A model generated the notes under the pieces. The model was not told the origin of the DNA, did no database searches, and saw only the letters and a program-made list of their open reading frames with translations. From positions 4,352,001-4,416,000 of the forward strand of contig OZ245838.1 of NCBI GenBank assembly GCA_965228735.1: a DNA stretch of 64,000 nt, written 5' to 3'. The position numbers were made by a program, and so were the translations under genes. Origin of the DNA: Planctomycetota bacterium (GTDB taxonomy: Bacteria > Planctomycetota > UBA1135 > UBA2386). Positions 28,736 to 37,783 of this stretch are shown piece after piece (position 1 is the stretch's first letter; every line of letters starts with the position of its first letter).

Positions 28736-30418
28736 TCAGCGCGCCTCGACGCGCACGGCTGCCGCGACCTTGTCGGGCTCCTTGAACATGCCGTCGTAGT
28801 AGCGCACGAAGCGCTTCGCCTCTTCGGCCTCGACCTCGCGCAGCGCGTCGACCCAGACCGGCGGCACGGGCTGGTAGTAGAGCTGCGCGATCACGCGCAA
28901 CCGGCTGCGGCGCCCCTCGGGCAGCGGCAGGTCGAACTGCACCGTGTCGCTGCCGCCGACGAAGTCCGCGTCCCCGTCGATGCCGACCGGCTGCGTCTCG
29001 CCGACGTGCGGTCCGTCCGCGCGCCAGCCCCTCGGCAGCAGCCGGTTGTCCTTGAGCTTGCGCTTCATCTTCGACAGGTACGTCGTCGGCACGTCATGCT
29101 CGTCGCCGGCGACCATCTCGTAGACGACGACGTCATCCTCCGTGCGCACGGTCTGCACATGCGGGATATTGAGCTCGTCGACGATCTCCTCGAGCCGGCC
29201 GCTGTCCTCGTCGACCGCGCCCGTCTCGAACAGCAGGCGCCGTCCGTTCACCACCTGCACGTGCAGCCACGCGCGGCGCGCCGGATAGCCCGTCGGGAAC
29301 TTGTGGCCCGTGAGGTTCTCGACCGTGATCGCGAAGCGCGCGCGCCCGTCCTCGCGGCGGATCTCCGAGATCGACAGTTTCGCGGTGCGTTCGGCGAGCT
29401 GCTTGCGCGTCGCCGCGGCCATCAGCGCCAGCTTGTCCGGGTCCGCAGTGACGTCGAGCTCCTCCGCGTTCTCCGCGAGGATGTCGAGCATGAACGCGTT
29501 CCCCCCGACGAAGCCGTGACCGCGGTAGCCGTCGCGCACCGCGATGTTGAAGTCCGCGCCCATCGGGCTGCGCGCGATCCGGGCGCTGCCGAGGTCGGGC
29601 ATGTGGCACTGCTGGCACGTGCGACCTTCCGCGTTGTCACCGTCGCCCTCGTTGTTGAACACGCTGTTGCGCCACTCGAGGTAGGGCGTCTGCTCCGGGA
29701 ACGCCGTGCCGGTGTGCTCGGTGAACAGCGTGTGACACGTCGCGCACAGCGCCGAGCTGCTGACGTGCGGCGCGTGCTCCGGCGTGTAGTTCACGAGGTT
29801 CTGCATCGGCCGCACCGCGGGCTCCTCGAACGGGCCGAAGATCGCGCGCCGGTGGTTGAACTCAGGCTGGCCCGACCACGTCGACGGCTCGCCGAGTCCC
29901 GCCGGCGAGATCATGTGACACACCGTGCAGGACACGCTGTCGTCCGCGAAGATGCTGCCGACGACGTCCTTCAACCGCGGCGCGGGCTTGCCGCGTCGCA
30001 CCCGGTCGTGGTGCTCCATCGGCGTGTGGCAGCGCAGGCACAGCTCCTGGATCTGCTCCCCCGCGGCCGCGGTCTCCTTCATGATCTGGGCGCGGAAGTA
30101 GGGGTCGCGGAACGAGTTCGCCATCATCGTGCCCTGCCACGTGCCATACGGCGAGATGTCACCGCCGAGGCGGCCGGTCATCGCCGTCGCGCCGGGGGCG
30201 GGCGTGTGGCAGACCGCGCACTGTTCGGACGTCGTGAAGAAGTCGTCGCGCGCGAGCTCACCGAACGCGTCGCCGAACGGGGCGTGCGGATCCGGCGATT
30301 CGGCGCGTTCTTCGCGTAGCGCGCTCGCCGCGCCGGGTTCGACTGCCGTCGACACGGTGATCGCGCCAATGGCCAACACGGGCAACAGCCAGACGGGCAG
30401 GGTCGAAGTAGCAGTCAT
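28736..30418 (-). CDS. Exported multiheme c-type cytochrome (5 CxxCH)
   Basis: Signal peptide. CAVCH, CLRCH, CTVCH, CATCH, CQQCH, plus 'GHKFPTG'. Confidence 0.9.
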   Translation of the reverse strand: MTATSTLPVWLLPVLAIGAITVSTAVEPGAASALREERAESPDPHAPFGDAFGELARDDFFTTSEQCAVCHTPAPGATAMTGRLGGDISPYGTWQGTMMANSFRDPYFRAQIMKETAAAGEQIQELCLRCHTPMEHHDRVRRGKPAPRLKDVVGSIFADDSVSCTVCHMISPAGLGEPSTWSGQPEFNHRRAIFGPFEEPAVRPMQNLVNYTPEHAPHVSSSALCATCHTLFTEHTGTAFPEQTPYLEWRNSVFNNEGDGDNAEGRTCQQCHMPDLGSARIARSPMGADFNIAVRDGYRGHGFVGGNAFMLDILAENAEELDVTADPDKLALMAAATRKQLAERTAKLSISEIRREDGRARFAITVENLTGHKFPTGYPARRAWLHVQVVNGRRLLFETGAVDEDSGRLEEIVDELNIPHVQTVRTEDDVVVYEMVAGDEHDVPTTYLSKMKRKLKDNRLLPRGWRADGPHVGETQPVGIDGDADFVGGSDTVQFDLPLPEGRRSRLRVIAQLYYQPVPPVWVDALREVEAEEAKRFVRYYDGMFKEPDKVAAAVRVEAR

Positions 30419-30455
30419 CGGGGGCCGAGAGCTTAGCCGTTCTGCGCCGCGACGA

Positions 30456-31658
30456 TCAGCGGAGAACGGCCCGCGTCACGACCTCGCCGATCGCATCGAG
30501 CACGGGGTCGGCCAATTCCTCGTAGGCGTAACGGTCGTCGTTGAGGATGCCGTCGGGATTGGTGTAGAGCACGATCGCGAGGAAGAAGCCGCGGCCCGTG
30601 CGCGTGTCCTCGATGTACGCGTTCTCGGTCGAGAAGCCGTAGGCCCGCCCGATCTTGTCGTAGACCCGCAGGTGTTCCGCCGCCACGACGCGCCGCGCGC
30701 CGCGCAGCACGAACTTGCAGTGGTGGTCCGCGACGCCTTCGAACGACGGGTCCTGCGATTCGCGCGGCAGCTGGCCGAGGGACTGCGCGACGAACGCGCG
30801 CTGCGCGACCGTCAGCTCGGGAAACCCGCGCTTGCCCGTCGCGATGTCCGGCCGCACGACCGCGACGAGCACGTCCTGCAGATCGCGCAGGTCGATCGCG
30901 TTCTTCGGTGCGAACGACATCGGCCCCTCGACCTTCTTGCCGCCGGACATGTAGCCGTCGCCGACCTCGAGATCGTGCCACGCCGAATTGTCGAGCTCGA
31001 TCGGGGTCTCGCGCGCGGGCAAGCCGAACCGCTGCGGACCACGACCGATCGCGACCGGGCGCGTCTGGCGGTTCTCTTCGAGCGTGCGCCACTCGGACAG
31101 CCGGTGCCACAGGCGCGCCGACTCGCAGCCGGCCGCCCACATCGAGCGATTGAGCCGGTCCGCGCCGACGACCTCGATGCAGTGGTTGTAGGCCGCGTTG
31201 TCGCTCACGAGGAACAGCTGCCGCAGCATGTGCGCGACGCTCGGCACGGCGCGTTCCTCGTCGCCGTCGAAGCGCTTCCCGATCGTGAGCGGCGTGTCGA
31301 GCCCGAACGCGGTGCCGTGCTCGGCGTTGATGCGGTTGAGCTCTTGCAGCAACGCGATCGCGCCGCAGAGCTTGATCGAGCTCGCGGGGTAGAAGTACTG
31401 CCCCGGGTCACCGAGCCGCGATCGTCGCAACTCGACCCGGCCGCCCGCGCCAGTGACCGGCTCGGCGACCGGCTCCGCGAGCAGCACGTGCAGGCGATGC
31501 GCCGCCGGGTCCGCGAGGATCGGACCGAGGAGCTCGGCGTGCGCGGACTCCGCGAGCAGCGCCGCGAGATCACGCGAACCCGGATCCTGCGCCGGTGCCA
31601 GAGCAGCGGTCACGGCCATCAGACCGGGGAGGAGGAACGGGCGGGGGCGAGCAACCAC
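30456..31658 (-). CDS. Exported serine hydrolase, class A beta-lactamase-like fold
   Basis: 'FYPASSIK' (SxxK), 'SDN', 'DKIG'. Signal peptide ending ALAPA-Q. Confidence 0.8.
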   Translation of the reverse strand: MVARPRPFLLPGLMAVTAALAPAQDPGSRDLAALLAESAHAELLGPILADPAAHRLHVLLAEPVAEPVTGAGGRVELRRSRLGDPGQYFYPASSIKLCGAIALLQELNRINAEHGTAFGLDTPLTIGKRFDGDEERAVPSVAHMLRQLFLVSDNAAYNHCIEVVGADRLNRSMWAAGCESARLWHRLSEWRTLEENRQTRPVAIGRGPQRFGLPARETPIELDNSAWHDLEVGDGYMSGGKKVEGPMSFAPKNAIDLRDLQDVLVAVVRPDIATGKRGFPELTVAQRAFVAQSLGQLPRESQDPSFEGVADHHCKFVLRGARRVVAAEHLRVYDKIGRAYGFSTENAYIEDTRTGRGFFLAIVLYTNPDGILNDDRYAYEELADPVLDAIGEVVTRAVLR

Positions 31659-31700
31659 TCCAGCAAGCCTAACCGACGCCCGGCCGGATCCACGGCGGAC

Positions 31701-32351
31701 CTACCGATCGTCGGCGGCGACGGTGCGCATGCCGATGCGCAACGCGGCCAGCATGCGGGCACAGTCGCCGGCCAGCAGCGCGGGCACATCGAGCCAGAGC
31801 CCGGCGAAGACCGCGCTGCGCAGCATCCCGGCCGCGTCTGGCGCGAGCCGTTCGTGGGCGCTGCGGCGCAGGACGAACCAATCGACCGCGGCGTCCTCAC
31901 TGCGCAACACGAGATACTCGCGCACGCCGGCCCGCAGGTAGGCCCGCTTCTGCTGGTGCATGTCGCGGCTCACCGAACTGGCGGCGACCTCGACGAGCAG
32001 TTCGGGCCGGCCGGCGACGAAGCCGTGGGCGTCGATGTGCGAACCGGCACCGGCGCCGGTGCGGCGGAGCATGAGGTCGGGCTGCACCTCGGTTTCGAGA
32101 TCCAGGCGGAACGACGGTCCGATCGCGCACTCGGTGCCGGGATTGCCGGCGACGAAGTACCCGAGTCACGCCGCGAGGTGCCCGTGCGGCCGGCTGTGCT
32201 CGGGGTAACGAACGGGTGATGGCATGTAGACCACTCCCTCGATGAGCTCCGCCCCCTCGAGCTCCGGCATCGCCTCGTAGCGTCGCTCGAACTCGTCGCG
32301 CGTCAGCACGTCGCCGGAGCGGAGTTCGGGGATCCTCGGGTTCGCCGTCAT
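31701..32351 (-). pseudogene. Uma2 (DUF820) PD-(D/E)XK endonuclease interrupted by an in-frame TGA at 32166-32168
   Basis: '[13 protein letters not shown]...H' upstream and 'QPD', 'PELLVEVA', 'K..Y...GVREY' downstream are in the same frame. The stop falls in HGHLAA*LGY. Confidence 0.75.
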
Positions 32352-32439
32352 GGGAGGAGCCATGCCTGGTCGTGGCACTGCCGGGGGCAAGACTAGCACA
32401 GTTTTCGCCGGCAGCCGTCGCGCGTGGAGCGCCGCAGGC

Positions 32440-33042
32440 TCAGGCCGCGCGATCCCCGCGCAGCACCCAGGCCGGCGGGAAGTTCTTCCAGACGAGCCCG
32501 CTGCTGCCGGCGCCGTCGAAGTGCGCGCGAATCAGTCGCCGCAACCGGCGCGCGTTCGGGGTGATCGCGGACTGCAGGTAGGTGAACGTGCGGAACGAGC
32601 CCCCGGGCGCGATGACCTCGCTCGCGGTTGCCACGATGTCGCTCATCGTCGGCAGCAGGATGAGCGGCAGGCCCGAGATGATCGCCTTGGGCGCGGGCAG
32701 GCCGCGTTCAGCGAGCAGCTGCTGCACGTCCTCGACCTGCGCGCACGCGAACTCGAAGTCCGGCATGCGCTCGCGCAGCACCTCGCAGAAGCTGGCCTCA
32801 CGTTCGATGCCGAGGTAGCGCAGACCGCCGATCGCATGGCTCCTGCGCCAGATCGACTCGGTCAGCGATCCGGTGCCGGCGCCGTACTCGACGACGACGT
32901 CGCCGGGCTGCAGATCGAGTCCGTCGAGCATCGCGTCGCCGAGCGCGCGCGTGCTCGGGCACACCGCGCCCACCTCGCGCGGATTGCGCAGGAAGCAACG
33001 CAGGAAGTGCAGGCCCCGCGCGGCCCGGCCACGGCCGGCCAT
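32440..33042 (-). CDS. Phospholipid/ornithine-lipid N-methyltransferase family (PmtA/OlsG-like) SAM-dependent methyltransferase
   Basis: '[14 protein letters not shown]', 'VVEYGAGTG', 'IISGLP', 'FTY', 'WKNFPPAWV'. Confidence 0.82.
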   Translation of the reverse strand: MAGRGRAARGLHFLRCFLRNPREVGAVCPSTRALGDAMLDGLDLQPGDVVVEYGAGTGSLTESIWRRSHAIGGLRYLGIEREASFCEVLRERMPDFEFACAQVEDVQQLLAERGLPAPKAIISGLPLILLPTMSDIVATASEVIAPGGSFRTFTYLQSAITPNARRLRRLIRAHFDGAGSSGLVWKNFPPAWVLRGDRAA

Positions 33043-33304
33043 CTCCTGATCCGCGACCCGCCCAGAACCACCCAGTGCAGACGTCATGCGCGGAGTGTGA
33101 CCGTGAACGCCGCGGCAAGGAAGCGGTCACGCGCGCGATCGGCGCGCTTCACGAGTTCTTCGCCCTGGCCTGTCCGCGCCTGAACGTGCCGCTGTTCGAT
33201 GGTTGCCGTGCAGCGATGTGACTGCCCGACGGGCGCACGACACGCGAACCGACACCCCCGACCCCGCGTCGACCGCGCGGGCGACCCTGCTCTGTGGTAA
33301 CCCG

Positions 33305-35998
33305 ATGACGTCTCACGGCAAGATCCACCGCCTCGACTTCCACCTCCATTCGTACGCGTCGAATCTGACGGACTACTACGCCGCGAACACGTTCGCGATC
33401 CCGGAGTCGTACTCGGAGCCGCTCGAGCTCTACGCGACGCTGAAGGAACGCGGCATGGCGCTCGTCACGCTGACCGATCACAACTCGATCGACGGCGTGA
33501 AGGAGCTGCTCGACGCGGGCAAGCAGGACGTGTTCATCAGCGCGGAGATGACCACGACGTTCCCCGACGACGGCTGCAACATCCACCTGACGGTCGCGAA
33601 CGTCACGGAGGCGCAGTTCCTCGAGATCGACCGCCTGCGCGGCAACGTCTTCGAGATGGTCGACTACCTCGATCGACAGATCGCGGCCGAAGCGGGCGCC
33701 GCCGTCAAGAACCGGATCGCGTACTTCATGACGCACCCGCTCATGAGCACGCAGAACCGCGAGTACGGGCGCGAGGGCTCGCTCACGGCCGATCACATCG
33801 AGCAGTGCCTGCTGCTGCTCGACACGTTCGAGGTGCGGAACGGCACGCGTACGCGCGCGGTCAACGAGCTGACCGTTCGGCTGCTCGAGTCGCTGACGAA
33901 GGCGAAGATCGAACAGCTCGCCGACAAGCACGGCATCGCGCCGAAGGGCCCGACGCCGTGGCTCAAGGGCCGGGTGAGCGGCTCGGACGATCACTGCGGC
34001 ATCAACCCGGGCCTGACCTGGACCGAGTTCGTCGTCGATCACGGCGGTGACCCGACGCCCAACGACGTCGTGGATTCGATCCGCCGACGCGAGACCCGCG
34101 CCGGCGGCAACCACGGCGGCCCGGTCACGCTCGCGCACGCGGTCATCAAGCTGCTGCACGACGGCAAGACGAAGAACCAGGATCCGAACACCAAGACCGT
34201 CGAGATCGGCGGCCCGCTCGGCTCGCTGCTGCGCCTGGCGTTCGGCCCCGGCCGCCCGTCGCTGCGCCGCAAGCTCGCGATCGGCGGCAAGGCGCTGCTG
34301 CAGCAGGTCGGCAGCCGCGTGTTCAAGAAGAAGCGCCGGCAGCGCAGCGCGCCGTTCGAGCGCACCCTGTCGCGGGAAGCGCACGCGATGCTGCTCGATC
34401 CGACGTTCCAGCGTCGCCTCGCGACCTGCGAACGCACCGACGACAAGATCTTCCTGATCGTCAGCAGCCTCATCAATCGGATCTTCGTGCACTACGTCAA
34501 CCAGATCGGCTCGACGGCGTCGCTCGATCTGGTCGCCGCGGTGAAGGAGATCGTCGCGCTGGTCTCGTCGAACATCTTCGTCTCGCTGCCCTACCTGCTG
34601 TCCTACTTCCACACCAACGCGGACCGCCTGATCCTGCGCGACGTGCACAAGCAGTTCGACATCACCGAGCGCCCGCGCACCGTGCTCGTCACGGACACGT
34701 TGTTCGAGGTCAACGGCGTCGCGCGCACGATCCGGCGCATGATCGACGAGGCGCGGCGCCGCGACCTCGACTTCACCGTCGTCACCTGTCTCGACGGCAC
34801 CGAACGCGAGGAGCAGATGAAGGACCCGGCGATTCGCGAGCTCGTCGACAGCGGTCGCCTGAAGATCTTCGACGCGCTCGTGAGCCGTGGCTTTCCGCAG
34901 TACGAAGGGCTGTCGGTGCGGTTCCCGCCGTTCCTCGAGCTGCTCAAGTATCTGCAGGAATCGGGCTTCACCAAGATGCAGATCAGCACGCCCGGCACGA
35001 TCGGCGTCGCCGGCCTGCTCGCGGCCAAGGTGCTGCAGATCGAGACCTCATCGACCTATCACACCTGCTTCCCCGAGTACGTCGAGAACTACACCCGCGA
35101 CATCAGCCTCGAGGCGATCGCGTGGAAGTACATGGTGCTGTTCTACCACTCGGTCGACGAGGTCGTCGTGCCGTCGAAGTTCATCGCCAAGCTGCTGCAC
35201 GATCGCGGGCTGCGGAAGCGGAAGCTGCTCGTGCTCGACCGCTGGGTCGACGTCGACCGCTTTCATCCAAAGAAGCGCGTCGCCGACTACTGGACGCGCC
35301 ACGGCGTCGCGCAGCCCGAACGCAAGGTCAAGTTCACCTACGTCGGCCGCCTCGGTGTCGAGAAGAACCTGTCGGTCCTCGCCGACGCGTTCCGCGGGCT
35401 GGCCGAGGAACGTGACGACGTGCACCTTTGCCTGATCGGCGACGGGCCGTTCCGCGCCGAGCTCGAGCAGCGGCTCGGCGGCCTGCCCGTCACGTTCACC
35501 GGCTTCCTCGGCGGGGACGAACTCGGCGTCGCGGTCGCGAGCTGCGACGCGAAGATCTTCCCGAGCACGACGGACACCTGGGGCAACGCGCCGCTCGAGG
35601 CCCAGGCCGCCGGTCTGCCCGTCGTCGTGAGCGACATGGGCGGCCCGCAGGAGCTGATGATCGACGGCACGACCGGCTTCAAGGTGAAGGGTCGCGACGT
35701 CCAGGGTCTCATCGAGGCCATGCGCAGGCTGACCGATCGCCCGACGCGAACCCGGATGGGTCTCGCGGCCCGCGCGTTCACGGAGCGCAACCGCATCGAC
35801 GAACCGTTCACCGCGATCCTCGACAGCGCGACGTTCCGCCGCCGGGCCAAGGCCGCGAAGCAGGACGTGCAGGAAACCAAGACCGAGATCCGCCGGGAGT
35901 TCGGCGACGCGCGCGACGACGCGGTCGTCGAGCCGCCCGAGGTCCTGGTCTTCTCCAACGACACCGAATCCACCCATGCTGGCATCCTCGACCGCTGA
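33305..35998 (+). CDS. PHP phosphoesterase-like domain fused to GT4 (GT-B) glycosyltransferase
   Basis: PHP motifs 'DFHLHS', 'TDHNSIDG', 'GSDDH'. GT4 motifs 'TDT..EVNGVA', 'YVGRLGVEKN', 'FPSTTDTWGNAPLEAQAAGLPVV'. Confidence 0.88.
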   Translation: MTSHGKIHRLDFHLHSYASNLTDYYAANTFAIPESYSEPLELYATLKERGMALVTLTDHNSIDGVKELLDAGKQDVFISAEMTTTFPDDGCNIHLTVANVTEAQFLEIDRLRGNVFEMVDYLDRQIAAEAGAAVKNRIAYFMTHPLMSTQNREYGREGSLTADHIEQCLLLLDTFEVRNGTRTRAVNELTVRLLESLTKAKIEQLADKHGIAPKGPTPWLKGRVSGSDDHCGINPGLTWTEFVVDHGGDPTPNDVVDSIRRRETRAGGNHGGPVTLAHAVIKLLHDGKTKNQDPNTKTVEIGGPLGSLLRLAFGPGRPSLRRKLAIGGKALLQQVGSRVFKKKRRQRSAPFERTLSREAHAMLLDPTFQRRLATCERTDDKIFLIVSSLINRIFVHYVNQIGSTASLDLVAAVKEIVALVSSNIFVSLPYLLSYFHTNADRLILRDVHKQFDITERPRTVLVTDTLFEVNGVARTIRRMIDEARRRDLDFTVVTCLDGTEREEQMKDPAIRELVDSGRLKIFDALVSRGFPQYEGLSVRFPPFLELLKYLQESGFTKMQISTPGTIGVAGLLAAKVLQIETSSTYHTCFPEYVENYTRDISLEAIAWKYMVLFYHSVDEVVVPSKFIAKLLHDRGLRKRKLLVLDRWVDVDRFHPKKRVADYWTRHGVAQPERKVKFTYVGRLGVEKNLSVLADAFRGLAEERDDVHLCLIGDGPFRAELEQRLGGLPVTFTGFLGGDELGVAVASCDAKIFPSTTDTWGNAPLEAQAAGLPVVVSDMGGPQELMIDGTTGFKVKGRDVQGLIEAMRRLTDRPTRTRMGLAARAFTERNRIDEPFTAILDSATFRRRAKAAKQDVQETKTEIRREFGDARDDAVVEPPEVLVFSNDTESTHAGILDR

Positions 35999-37736
35999 CG
36001 CCGACGCGCTGCGGGCCGCACCGGAGACGGCGACGCCGCGGCGCCCCGAGAAGCGCTCGGCTCCCGTGCGGGCGCTGCTCGGCACGCTCTCGTTCCTCAA
36101 CCTGCCGGGCCGCGTCTACCGCCGCGTGATGCTGTCCCGGGCCAAGCACCCGTCGCTCGCCGGCCATCCCAAGATGGCCCGGCGGATCGCGCCGCTGATC
36201 CCGTTCTACGAGTACGGCGACGACGAGTGGTTCCGGACCGACGACGCGCCAGTCGAGGTCGCAGCGCAGCGTCGTGCCGCGTTCGAGCACCTGAGCGCAC
36301 GCCTCACGGGCAAGAAGCCGAAGACGCTGCAGCTGAGCCGCGAGCTCGGCGAGTCGATCTCCGACGTCGAGTTCACGAGCCACTACCGGGTGCCGTTCCA
36401 GTTCCGCCGCCGCGTGCGCGAGCATCTCGAACCGGGCTGCGTCCTGCAGCGCAGCGAGGGCGCCAACGTCACCGACCTCGACGGCAACGTCGCCTGCGAC
36501 GTGACGGGTTCGTACGGCGTCAACCTGCTCGGCACCGACTTCTACCGTGACTGCATCGAGCGCGGCGCCCAGCGCGTGCGCGACCTCGGCCCGGTCCTCG
36601 GTTCGTATCACCCGATCATCGGCGACGTCGCGAACAAGCTGTGCGCCATCGCCGGCCTCGACGCGGTCTCGTTCCACATGTCGGGCACCGAGGCCGTCAT
36701 GCAGAGTGTCCGCCTCGCGCGCTACCACACCGGGCGTTCGCACCTCGTGCGGTTCTGCGGCTCCTACCATGGCTGGTGGGACGGTGTGCAGACCGGCATC
36801 GGCAATCCGCGCCCGGGCCAGGAGCTCTACACGTTCAAGGAGATGAGCGAAGACACGCTGGCGGTCCTGCGGCAACGCCGGGACATCGCGTGCGTGCTCG
36901 TGAACCCGCTGCAGGCGCTGCACCCGAACGCGAGCGCGCCGGCGGATTCGACGCTCATCAGCAACGGCCGCCAGGCCGGCTTCGACAAGGCCGCCTACAC
37001 GGCATGGCTGCGGCAACTGCGCGAGGTCTGTGACGCGCGCGGCATCGTCCTGATCTTCGACGAGGTCTTCCTCGGCTTCCGTCTGGCCAAGGGCGGCGCG
37101 CAGGAATACTTCGGCGTCAAGGCCGACCTCGTGACCTACGGCAAGACCCTCGGCGGCGGCCTGCCCGTCGGCGTGCTCGCCGGCAGGCGCGAGCTCATGC
37201 GCCGCTTCCGCGCCGATCAGCCGACCAACTTCTGCTTCGCGCGCGGCACGTTCAATTCGCATCCGTACGTGATCGGAGCGATGTACGAGTTCCTGGCAGC
37301 GATCGACCGACCCGAGGTCGAGCGGACGTACGAGAACCTCGACGCGGTCTGGGACGGCCGCTGCGAGCACCTCAACCGGCGGCTCGACGAGCTCGGCTTC
37401 CCGCTGCGGATCGAGAACATGACGTCCGTCGCGAGCGTGATCTACACGCGCCCCGGCCGCTACCACTGGATGCTGCAGTTCTATCTGCGCGATGCCGGCA
37501 TCTACCTGCCGTGGATCGGCACTGGGCGGTTGATCTTCAACCACGCGTGGACCGATGCCGACTTCGACGGCTTCGCGGAGCGCTTCGTGTCCGCGTGCGA
37601 AGCGATGCACCGGGACGGTTGGTGGTGGACGAGCCCGAAACTGACGAGCAGGTGGATCAGGCGCCGCATCCTGCGCGAGACGCTGCGGGCGCGGTTCGGG
37701 CGCGGGCGGCGGCCCGGCGTCCGCCCCGAGAAGTGA
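35976..37736 (+). CDS. Class-III PLP aminotransferase (glutamate-1-semialdehyde aminomutase-like) with N-terminal extension
   Basis: 'SGTEAV', 'YHGW', 'LIFDEVFLGFR', 'TYGKTLGGG', 'GTFN'. Confidence 0.88.
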   Translation: MLASSTADADALRAAPETATPRRPEKRSAPVRALLGTLSFLNLPGRVYRRVMLSRAKHPSLAGHPKMARRIAPLIPFYEYGDDEWFRTDDAPVEVAAQRRAAFEHLSARLTGKKPKTLQLSRELGESISDVEFTSHYRVPFQFRRRVREHLEPGCVLQRSEGANVTDLDGNVACDVTGSYGVNLLGTDFYRDCIERGAQRVRDLGPVLGSYHPIIGDVANKLCAIAGLDAVSFHMSGTEAVMQSVRLARYHTGRSHLVRFCGSYHGWWDGVQTGIGNPRPGQELYTFKEMSEDTLAVLRQRRDIACVLVNPLQALHPNASAPADSTLISNGRQAGFDKAAYTAWLRQLREVCDARGIVLIFDEVFLGFRLAKGGAQEYFGVKADLVTYGKTLGGGLPVGVLAGRRELMRRFRADQPTNFCFARGTFNSHPYVIGAMYEFLAAIDRPEVERTYENLDAVWDGRCEHLNRRLDELGFPLRIENMTSVASVIYTRPGRYHWMLQFYLRDAGIYLPWIGTGRLIFNHAWTDADFDGFAERFVSACEAMHRDGWWWTSPKLTSRWIRRRILRETLRARFGRGRRPGVRPEK

Positions 37737-37783
37737 GCGGCGCGGGGTCCGCACCGCCCCCTTCCCGGCCGAACGCGCCGGGC

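Noticed and set aside
30456..31658. Calling the serine hydrolase an antibiotic-resistance beta-lactamase
   Set aside because: Fold motifs are present, but the KTG motif is divergent (KIG) and there are large insertions. Activity cannot be inferred.
32166..32168. Uma2 TGA as a second selenocysteine codon
   Set aside because: No redox motif, the position is probably Trp, and the downstream hairpin loop (CAATC) lacks the G/GU expected of a SECIS.
35976..37736. Calling the aminotransferase hemL
   Set aside because: It is much longer than HemL, has an N-terminal extension and lies in a glycosyltransferase operon, so only the family is supportable.
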